Assembly (NCBI GenBank): GCA_964016885.1
Contig: OZ024740.1
Location: forward strand, 74,400,001 to 74,464,000
Source of the DNA: Eledone cirrhosa
Lineage: Eukaryota
Direction: 5' to 3'
Length of the DNA: 64,000 nucleotides
A program made the position numbers and the translations under genes. Positions within the stretch are counted from its first letter, which is position 1. Every line of letters begins with the position of its first letter. Shown piece by piece: positions 51,570 to 64,000 of the stretch. A model generated the notes under the pieces. It was not told where the DNA came from. It saw only the letters and a program-made list of their open reading frames with translations, and did no database searches.

Positions 51570-52075
51570 AATTGCTACATTGATAGAATGGAAAAATGTC
51601 AAAATTTGGCAAGTTTCATCTTCTGCAACTCTATGAAGGATTTTTCTGGTGTAGTGTTCTCTAATTTGTTGATTGTATACTGCCATCCTTCATCAAAGTA
51701 TCAGACCTGTTTAGTCAGATGCATTTTCTAACTTCAGGATCTTTAACTACAGTATATAGCTTTGCAATATTTGATAATGCATATCTTTCACTTTTTATAA
51801 TCAGATATTTCTGAAAAAAGTTTTTCATTTTTGTAGGTTGATTTAGTTATACATGTGCATAGATTTCAGGATTCTTTGAATTAAAAGTCAAAATATATGG
51901 TATAACCATTTTTGTTTTTTCTTTTTATTTCCTGGAGTTTTTTGGTTTTAATTTGACTTGCTTTTTAAATACTATTACTGATTAAATTCAGTGGGTATTT
52001 CTTCATGGTATTTGTTTATCTCTTTTAGTCTATGATCACTTGTTGTTAGGATTGAATGGAATGCTGATTCATGTG
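51570..52075 (-). pseudogene. Highly decayed Penelope-like (Neptune-type) post-RT linker
   Basis: KKYPLNLISNSI*KASQI...VIPYILTFNSKNPEIY resembles the GYP..I..KA / IPFVLTY.P PLE motifs. Confidence 0.45.
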
Positions 52076-52326
52076 TGTTTTGGATATATATATATATATA
52101 TGAATAAAGTTAATATGTCTAAGGGTACTAGGTACCCCCAGAAATACATAGGTTGTCTATGATTCAAGGTGGTTCGATGGTATTAATTTGATATACCAGA
52201 ACTTAATATCAAGATAAGCAGAACAAGTAAAATTCAACCAATTTTTCAAAATAAATCAAAATTAATTTAAAATTAAAATTAATTAAAATTAAAAAATATG
52301 ATATAAATATTTACCTATTCAGATGG

Positions 52327-52404
52327 CCCTTACTGTACAGTTTCACTTTGCAAAACATTAGATATCCTATGGATATTAATGGAAAAACAAAGATCATCAG
52401 AGAA
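52327..52404 (-). ncRNA. Type I hammerhead ribozyme (family F)
   Basis: UUCU-CUGAUGA-U-CUUUGU..GCAAAG-U-GAAA-CUGUACAG-UA-AGGG; palindromic stem III ACUGUACAGU. Confidence 0.78.
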
Positions 52405-52451
52405 GCATTTTCCTTTCCTAGGGTTAAAAACCCAGGAACGATAAAATATGC

Positions 52452-52529
52452 TTCTCTGATGATCTTTGTTTTTCCATTAATGTCCATGTGATATCTAATG
52501 TTTTGCAGAGTGAAACTGTACAGTAAGGG
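52452..52529 (+). ncRNA. Type I hammerhead ribozyme (family F)
   Basis: TTCT-CTGATGA-T-CTTTGT..GCAGAG-T-GAAA-CTGTACAG-TA-AGGG. Confidence 0.78.
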
Positions 52530-52645
52530 CCATCTGAATAGGTAAATATTTATATTATATTTTTTTAATTTTAATTAATTTTAATTTTAAATTAATTTTG
52601 ATTTATTTTGAAAAATTGGTTGAATTTTACTTCTTCTGCTTATCT

Positions 52646-52696
<51 letters not shown>

Positions 52697-53184
52697 GTAT
52701 AAAGTGGTTGGCATTAGGAAGGGAATCCAGCAGTAAAAACCACACCAAAAAAGAACATATGAGCAAGACATACCACTTGAATCCTCTTACCATGGTCTGT
52801 GATGACCCATCCAACCCATACCAGCATGTAAAAACAGATGTAAATAGTAATGATATAAATATATCATCATCATCATCATCATCATCGTTTAACATCCATC
52901 TTACACGCTAGCATGGGTTAGATGGTTTTGTTCCATTTGATGCGGGATTGGTCTGGAGACTGTGTCTCGCTCGTACGGAAGTGTCTCTGGCAGGTTTTCC
53001 ACGGCTGGATGCCCTTCCTAACACCAACCACTTTTACAGTGTGGACTGGGAGCCTTTTTACTGTATCTTCTACACGGCCACCTTACAGTGTGGACTGGGT
53101 GCTTTTTGTTGTGTCACCGACGCAGTGGACAGAAATGGGAGGATGGAGTAGGGTGTGTGGGGTGGAGTGTATATTGGGTTAAGA

Positions 53185-56100
53185 GGTGCCTACTGCTGAC
53201 TTTGGCAGGGCTTGATTTTACTCCTTCGACTACAACATGCTGGGTTCTGTCTGTCAGGAAACATTTGATCCACTGTAGTAACCTTTCAGAGACACCAGCA
53301 TTGGATAGTTTTATCAGTAGAATCTTATGATCAACCCTGTCAAAAGCCTTGCTGAAATCAAGGTAGATGACATCAGTGTTGGAGCCCTCTCCCAAGGCTC
53401 TCAAAACATTGTCAAAGTGATGCAGGAGCTGCGTTAGGCAGTCCCTTCCATTACGGAACCCATGTTGGTTGGTGTTCAGCAGGCCGTTGCTTTCAAGAAA
53501 GTGGGTTATTCGTGATCTCACCATCCTCTCAAATACCTTGATAATATGAGAGGTGAGTGAGATCGGACAGTAGTTCACTGCAAGGGACTTATTTCCCTTT
53601 TTGAAGACTGGGACAATGGACTGGGACAGAAAGTTTTCAGGAATATAGCCAGTGTCCAGTGAGTTCCTCCACAGATTAGCAAGAGGAGATGCAAGTTGGT
53701 GTCGACACACCTTCAGGACACAAGCAGGGAACCTGTCGGGGCCTACTGCTGAATTGTGTTTAATTTTGTTTATTGCCGCTAAGACATCAGGGGCGCCAAA
53801 CGTTATGTCTGATATAGTGTGTTGGGATTAACATCACCGATACGGCCCAGATCGGCCATATCAGGATTGCTGAAAACAGAGCAGTATTGTTTCAGCAGTA
53901 TCTCGCCCATGGTTTTGGCATTGTCTTGGAGTGTGCCATTTTCATCAACTAGAGGGCCAACAGTGGAGACGGTGACCTTGTGTTTTTTAGCAAATGAAAA
54001 GAACACTTTGGAGTTGAGTTTGATTTTCTCAATGGTCCACCACTCTTCAGCTATTCTCTGGTTATTGATGATGGTCATCATGCATTGCTGGAGGTTATAT
54101 TTTTTTGACTCAAGCAGGGTGATAACCATCGAATGTGTGTGTTGCTGTTGGCAGTATTTTAGTGTGTTAATTTTTTTGTTTGTTCTTTTTATTTTTCTGA
54201 TAATTGTTTTTCTGTTTTGGGGGATACTGCACTTGGTTTTGTTCACAGGTTTTGGTGGGGTGTGTTTTGTACATATATTTGTGACAGTATCTACAAAAAT
54301 CTGCCAAGATGTTTTGATATTGGTGGAAGTGTGTGTGTGTGTAAAAGACCAGTCAACATGTCATAGTTCATTCATAATTGCATCCCAGTTGGCATTGTAG
54401 GGATCCATGTTATCAAATGGGTGGGCTGGAAAGAGGACCTGGGATTAGCTTTCGGCTGGTGGAATCTCAGGTTACAAAGAACCATGTCATAGTCTGAGAG
54501 AAGGGTTTTTTCCACTGTAATATTATGGATAGTGTTAGTGTGGTTACTAAACACTAGATCCAGAATGTTCTTCTGATGCCTTGTTGGTGCAAGGACAAGT
54601 TGGGTCAAGAAAAACTCATTCAGTTGTCAGTGGTTGAGGTTGGGGTGCCTAGTTTCAAACTACATGGAGACCAATCGACACAGGGGAGATAAAAGTCTCC
54701 CATCAAAAGTATGTTGCTAGAATGGCACTGTTTAATAAAGCATTTAATACTGTTGAGGCATTCTTTGAAGCAGATTATGGTGTTTGTGGTGGCCTATAGA
54801 GCCCAACTAATGTCAGGTCATTGGCTTTATTGCGCACAGTGACTGATTCACAGTAGCTATTGGAGAATGTTGTGTTACCATCTGCCGTAAAGGAATCATG
54901 CAGGAAAATGGCAGTTCCACCCTTTCTTCTGCCAACACGATCCGCACGAATGGTTGTGAAATTCCTCACTCTTACTTCGGCCTCCAAGTGGGAATTGGAT
55001 CTTCCATTTCTGTGCATTGATGGATGGGCTGATACCATGTGTATTGAGTAAAAATGTGGAGGCTAGTGTGGTGGCTGGTTTTGACTGTTGCAGGGGGCTT
55101 GTTTTGAGATTGTGTGTTAGTGACAGCAAGGTTGGTGTTGGGTGATGGCTAAAATGTGTTTTTCTATTTCTTTTACCAGGTTCATGGCTAAAAAAGAAAA
55201 CTTTTCTTGTTCAGGGAGCAGTTTTTGATTGGATTTGTGGTTACACCATTGGATAGGGTTGCAGTTCCCTCTTTTGTTGTTGTATTTGTTGTAATTGTGT
55301 CTTCGTGAAAAGACTGGAGCAGCATTACTTTTGTTGTTTTTGTTGTTGTAATCGTGTCTTTGTGAGAAGACTGGAGCAGCAGTACTGCAGCAGGGGGTGG
55401 CTTTATGGTGGTTTGTGTGTTGGCATGGAGCCCCTTTTCTGTTCGTGCATTGTGTCCTAGGAAGATGAGTGAAGGGACAGTCAGTCAGCAGACATAGCCT
55501 CTCACGTTGGGAATGTTGGCAGATTTTGGGACTCCAACTTACGCGTGCAGGCAGCGTGCTTTGGTGTTGGCTGGCAGTTTTAGTGCACCTAGTACCCAGT
55601 AAATGGGTAAATATACATCGCTACGTGTGCATAGCCTCTGACGTAGTGAGTAGCGGTATATTTTGAGGTTTCTAGTATGTGTAGTGGGGGGTGCATACAG
55701 CTCCATAGATTTTTTTAAAAAGTTCTTTTGACTACAGCATGGTTGTGGTGGTGATGTGGGGGAAGAAAGCAGTGGTGGTGACGATGATGATAACTGTGGT
55801 GGAGGCTGTGAGAGTGGTGGGAGAGAAAGCAGTGGTCCATTACTAACAGTTGATACTGTCATTCAGTAACTAAGCTATTATGCTTGAATTCAGTAGTGGT
55901 GGTGGCTCCTGATTTTCTGGCTGTTGTAGTTGCTGTGGCTGTTGTTGTTGTTGTTGCTGTTGTTGTGTTTGTCCATTGGAGTAAATATGTCGAAGTTTTT
56001 CAAAATGGTTTTGAATTAGTTTGAAAGAGACTTCTACATGTTTTAGTTTATTGTGTATCTGCTTAGCAGACCTCGTGGTAAATGTTTGAGCTGTTTTTTC

Positions 56101-56300
56101 AGCAATTTCATTCAGACATGAAGCATTAATGTTTATTGTTTGGGACAGAGAAAACCATGTGTTTATTAAGAGGTCAATTTCATTATCAGACCAATTTCGT
56201 CCGTTGTGGGCTTACTGGTCGGTAGTCATTTTTCTTTTTTCACCACCTTTGTGTGCGTTTTAGATATTTGATATTTGGTATTTGATACGTGGGTGAGACT
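53185..56300 (-). mobile_element. CR1-group (CR1/L2/Jockey-like) LINE: ORF1, APE and N-terminal RT, decayed, 3' part missing
   Basis: RADRVGRRKGG, LYRPP, ILDLVFSN, SDY(H), FFSFAK, NYCPISLTS, NQHGFR, IYLDFSKAFDRVDH; cut at ~53185 by an RTE-type 3'UTR (52862-53190). Confidence 0.88.
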
Positions 56301-56601
56301 TTGGTTATTTGAAGAAATTAAAGAATCGTTTATATATATATATATATTCTCTCTTATAGATGTGAGTTTGGTTGTTTGAGGATGTTAATAGTTTTGGGTT
56401 ATTTAGTTGTTTGAAGATATCCAAGGAAGAACGAGTGTATATAATAATTTGTAGTTAAGAAAACTTACTTGCGAGAGCACGTGCATTTGTATATACTTTT
56501 TCCTTATGTGACTGAGCCTTTGGTTATTTGAAGATATTAAAGTAGCGTATATATAGATGTGTATTCTCTTTTATGGATGTGAGATTGGGTTATTTGGTTG
56601 T

Positions 56602-56646
<45 letters not shown>

Positions 56647-56777
56647 ATATATATCATCATCATCGTTTAACGTCCATCTCCCACGCTTGCATGGGTTATA
56701 TATATATAATATATATATATATATAGAGAGATATATATTATATATATATATATAATATATATATATATAATATATAT

Positions 56778-56809
<32 letters not shown>

Positions 56810-56813
56810 ATAT

Positions 56814-56868
<55 letters not shown>

Positions 56869-56941
56869 TATATAAATATAATATATATATATAATATATA
56901 TATATAATATATATATATAATATATATATATTATATATATA

Positions 56942-57264
56942 TCATCATCATCATCATTTCATATTACGTCCGCTTTTTCCCTGCTTGCAAGGGTGGGACG
57001 GGAACTGATTCTGGCTTGATTTCTACAGCTGGATGCCCTTCCTAACACCAACCTCATTTACAGTGAGTGCTGGGTGCTTTTTTGTCGTGGCACCTCCACG
57101 ACCACTTTACAGTTGAATGATATGGACCCCAGTCCCTATCATCTCATTTCTACAGCTGAGTAAACTGGAGCAGTGTGAAATAAAGTGTCTTGCTCAAACA
57201 CACATCACCCAGTCTGAGAATTGAACTCACAACCTTTCGATTGCAAGGCCAATGCTCTAACCAC

Positions 57265-57265
<1 letters not shown>
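56942..57265 (-). mobile_element. CORE-like/Meta-like SINE with RTE tail
   Basis: Same family as 11495-11842, small internal deletion. Confidence 0.88.
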
Positions 57266-57328
<63 letters not shown>

Positions 57329-57350
57329 TATATATTATATATATATAATA

Positions 57351-58462
57351 TATCTCCGGGATATTCGTCTCGGGGGTAGTTCCCCCATCGCCCGCCACTT
57401 TGGTGGCCCTGGACATTCCGCACGCCATCTCACAGTCTGTGGCCTACTCCAGTGCCACGGAACACCCGCCAATCGCCTTAGGGTCGAACAACGAACTATC
57501 TTCATCTTACAGACCCACACTCCCCCCCGGCCTGAACTCCCCACCCTTATTCCTTTAGCCTTCGACCGCCCCCCTCCCCCCACACTTATCCCCCACTAAC
57601 ACCACTAACACACCCCTCCTTTTCACCGCCCACCCCACAACTAACAATACTAACACCTCCACTCCACCCCTCATCTGAACACCCCCCAACCCCACGCACA
57701 CGTACCCACACACCCTCGTACACCACCAACTCTACACACCCTACCACCACTAACCCCCACTCACACCTGCATTCAACCCCTCCCCACCTCCCGTATACTA
57801 ACACCCACTAACACCCCTTCATCAAACTACACACACACCAGTACACCACACTCCCTCCATAGAACCACACACACCCTTCTCTCCCCGCTCCACCCACACC
57901 CTTGCTCCACACTCACTCATCCCACTAAAACCTCTACTAATACACACACACACCCTCCTCACTCCAACTTTCACACCTACCCATCCTCGCCCCTTTACCA
58001 TTCCACCGACTGCTGCTATGCCCTCTGACCACCTCCCAGCACAAACAGACACACAGCACTCCCACTGCTTGACCACCTTCAGCCCTCCCCGCTCGGACAC
58101 CCCGTCTCCCTCTCCCCACTCCACCCGCCACCACCCCTACACCCTTCCACCACCTGCTTTACCCCCCTTTTAATTTCAGTTTATTTTGATCATGCTTTTA
58201 TATTTAAATTTATTTCATTCCTTGTATTTTGATCATGCTTTATTTTTATTTTTTTCATTCGCACTGTTTCCTTTCGCTATATGTCTCTCCACCACTCCCC
58301 TACACACCCTTTGAACTCTGTTCTCACACACTTCTCACCTGAGGAAGGGCTTATGCCCGAAACGTCGTCCCCCACCAACACCCCACTCTCCAGAGCGTGA
58401 AATTAATAAACATTCGTTGTACTGCCTCTCTGTTTTGTCCCTGTTCAAATTTTTCCATTCTA
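57351..58462 (+). mobile_element. Penelope-like element (Neptune-type) 3' fragment: GIY-YIG C-terminus, C/A-rich 3'UTR, hammerhead
   Basis: Manual translation 57351-57557: LRDIRLGGSSPIARHFGGPGHSARHLTVCGLLQCHGTPANRLRVEQRTIFILQTHTPPGLN; (TA)n flanks. Confidence 0.85.
58337..58368 (+). ncRNA. Minimal hammerhead ribozyme (family G)
   Basis: AC-CTGAGGA-A-GGGC TTAT GCCC-GAAA-CG-TC-GT; perfect stem II, GUC triplet, but only a 2-bp proximal stem I. Confidence 0.68.
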
Positions 58463-58548
58463 TTATATATATAATATATATATATATTATATATATAATA
58501 TATATATATATTATATATATATATATATATAATATATATATATATTAT

Positions 58549-59687
58549 ATGGAGTTTAGTGAGGAATTCCAGATACAAGTAGGAGTACATCAGGGTTCGG
58601 TCCTCAGCCCGCTCTTGTTCATTATAGTCCTCCAAGCCATAACAGAGGAGTTTAAGACTGGCTGTCCATGGGAACTTCTCTATGCTGACGATCTGGCTCT
58701 TATGGCAGAATCAGTAGAGGAGCTAGAGAATAAATTCCGGCTATGGAAACAGCAGTTGGAAGCAAGAGGACTGAGAGTAAATCTAGCTAAGACAAAAGTG
58801 TTGATGAGTAGAAAAGAGGACAAAACCCTGATTCCGTCAGGGAAATGGCCATGTTCGATATGCAGAAAAGGAACTGGCATAAATTCTATAAAATGCACAC
58901 AATGTAGGTCCTGGGTACACAAGAGATGTAGCGGGATAGCAGGCAAACTAACAGGTAGGGAGAAATATGTATGCAGTAGATGTACAGGGAAATTAGACAG
59001 TAGAAGTCGCACTGATAGACACATTTTTCAAATGCGAGAGGGCGCTATAGAAGTGGTGGATAGCTTCCGGTACCTAGGAGATCAGATTAGCATGGGAGGA
59101 GGGTGTTCCGAGGCCATAGTATCTAGAATAAGGACGGGTTGGAAGAAGTTTAGGGAGCTGCTTCCTCTGTTGACGAAGAAGGGTTTCTCCCTGCGTACGA
59201 AAGGCCGGTTGTATGATGCCTGTGTGAGGAGCGCGATGCTGCATGGTAGTGAGACATGGGCAGCTACCGCAGAAGATATGCGACGGCTGGAGAGAAATGA
59301 GGCAAGCATGCTCCGTTGGATGTGCAGTGTAAATGTGCGTGAACGACCCAGCATAAATGTGTTGAGAGAGAAACTGTGTCTGAGAGGGATAGAATGTAGT
59401 GTACGGGAGAGGAGACTGAAGTGGTATGGACATGTGATGCGCATGGAGGATGACCGATGGGTGAAGAAGTGCCAGGAAATGCCAGTTGAAGGAAGACGTA
59501 GTAGAGGTAGACCACGAAAAACATGGGCGGAGGTGGTGAGAACAGACCTCAGATCATTGAAGCTCACGGTGGAGATGACGAGGGACCGTGACGAGTGGAG
59601 AGATGCTGTGCTGAATAAGACCCGTCCCACCCTTGCAAGCAGGGAAAAGCGGACGTAAAATGATGATGATGATGATGATGATGATGA
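58549..59687 (+). mobile_element. RTE LINE (family 1) young 5'-truncated copy with open reading frame
   Basis: QGSVLSP, YADD, PHD-like finger, SFRYLG...PTLASREKRT*, immediately followed by (TGA)n. Confidence 0.96.
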
Positions 59688-59709
59688 TATATATATATAT
59701 ATATTATAT

Positions 59710-59743
<34 letters not shown>

Positions 59744-59854
59744 ATATATATATTATATTATATATATATATATATTATATATATATATTATATATTATAT
59801 ATATATATTATATATTATATATATATATATATATCATATATATATATTATATAT

Positions 59855-59886
<32 letters not shown>

Positions 59887-60068
59887 ATATATTATATATA
59901 TATATATATATTATATATATATATATATATTATATATATAAATATATATTATATATATATATATATTATATATATATATATATATTATATATATATATAT
60001 ATTATATATATATATATATATATTATATATATTATATATATATATATATATTATATATATATATATAT

Positions 60069-60156
<88 letters not shown>

Positions 60157-60175
60157 TATATATATATATATATAT

Positions 60176-60216
<41 letters not shown>
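59688..60216. repeat. Imperfect (TA)n array
   Basis: Direct inspection. Confidence 0.95.
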
Positions 60217-60219
<3 letters not shown>

Positions 60220-60555
60220 TCATCATCATTGTTTAACGTCCATCTTCCGCGCTAGCATGGGTTTGGACGGGAATTTTCCCACTTGAGGCAAGATTAGTTG
60301 TCTTGCTCGTATAGGACTGTCTGGCGGGTTTTCTACGGCTGGATGCCCTTCCTAACACCAACCACGTTTACAGTGTGGACTGGGAGGTTTTTACCGTGTT
60401 ACCTACACGACCACATTACAGCATGGACTGTGTGTTTTTTTTTGTCGTGACACCTACACGCCCTCATTTGTTTCGGACTGGATGTTGTGGTACCAACATA
60501 ACTTTACATTGGAAGGGGTGGTGTGGATGGGGTGAGGGTAGTGGGGCCGGAGTGT
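60217..60555 (-). mobile_element. RTE family-2-type 3'UTR fragment
   Basis: Homologous to 22080-22427 and 40121-40560. Confidence 0.8.
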
Positions 60556-60836
60556 ATACATATATATTTTTTTTTTTTTTTCCTCATTTCGTGGGTTGTC
60601 TCCCCTTCCCGCTTCGTGTCGCTATGATACTTCCTCAGTCAAAAACTGCTGGAATTTCAAATCTAGCGGTCATTCGAGGTGAAGGAGACCAACTTTACGG
60701 ACATGATTTTTGACAGCAGTAAGAAATTGTTTTCTTATTTCAATGTTTAATGGGCTTCCACTGAAGATTTATAAGTGCCCACCTAAATATATTCTTACAT
60801 GAATATATATTAGGCTTCTACATAAACTGGAAACAT

Positions 60837-61036
60837 NNNNNNNNNNNNNNNNNNNNNNNNNNNNNNNNNNNNNNNNNNNNNNNNNNNNNNNNNNNNNNNN
60901 NNNNNNNNNNNNNNNNNNNNNNNNNNNNNNNNNNNNNNNNNNNNNNNNNNNNNNNNNNNNNNNNNNNNNNNNNNNNNNNNNNNNNNNNNNNNNNNNNNNN
61001 NNNNNNNNNNNNNNNNNNNNNNNNNNNNNNNNNNNN
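60837..61036. other. Assembly gap (200 N)
   Basis: Run of N. Confidence 1.
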
Positions 61037-63517
<2,481 letters not shown>

Positions 63518-63702
63518 CGGTGGATTGGCAGTATCGGTAGAGCGTCGGACGCCATGCTTTCCAGCATAGTTACGTCCCTTTACGGTCCGAGTTCAAATCC
63601 TGCCAAGGTTAACTTTGTCTTTCATCCTTACGGGGTCGATAAAATAAAGTACCAGTAATACACTGGTTAATTGCTGGCCTTGTGCCTAAAGTAGAAACAA
63701 TT
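63518..63702 (+). mobile_element. Young tRNA-derived SINE with Nin/Deu-like domain
   Basis: TGGCAGTATCGG, GAGTTCAAATCC, TTTCATCCTTACGGGGTCGATAAAATAAAGTACCAG; CpGs retained. Confidence 0.85.
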
Positions 63703-64000
63703 ATATATAAATATATATTATATATATATATATAATATATATATATATATATGACGATGATGATGATGATATATATATATTATATATATATTATTTATAT
63801 ATATTCATCATCATCATCTTCATCATTTTACTTCCTTAGTGCCCATCAGATTACAGAGCAGGAAGACTCTCTAAAAACTTTCTCCAGGTGCACAAAAGTC
63901 AGCTAGTGTGGATTATTTTAAACCAAATACTTCTGCAGTTTTCTCACCAGGAAGAGGGCATTGATAATACCCCTACTTGGCATAAATCTGAAATGCATCT

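Larger units (their letters stand above)
52100..52651. mobile_element. Palindromic PLE-like pseudo-LTR fragment, ~203-bp arms, (TA)n-flanked
   Basis: 52206-52408 is the reverse complement of 52448-52651, with few mismatches. Confidence 0.8.

Overview
Eukaryotic, AT-rich, repeat-saturated window with no host exon I can support. The SINE types and very long (TA)n arrays look like an octopod cephalopod genome (inference, not verified). It contains several RTE-clade LINE families (two with a PHD-type finger inside ORF2), a Tx1/L1-clade LINE with an 18-bp TSD plus two related fragments, a CR1-group LINE whose ORF1 has Myb/SANT-like and CCCH motifs, at least four Penelope-like element (PLE) remnants, an internally deleted Helitron, MITEs, two tRNA-derived SINE types, minisatellites and a 200-N gap. 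The main signal not visible in the ORF track is 12 complete type I hammerhead ribozyme folds from about 7 unrelated sequence families, plus 2 partial ones. Most lie in PLE pseudo-LTR-like pieces beside (TA)n, several in fold-back palindromes carrying a ribozyme on each strand. One pair sits in ~0.6-kb direct repeats around a non-coding ~1.2-kb spacer (retrozyme-like), and four families share a non-canonical U-U closing stem II. All folds were read by eye; activity is untested.
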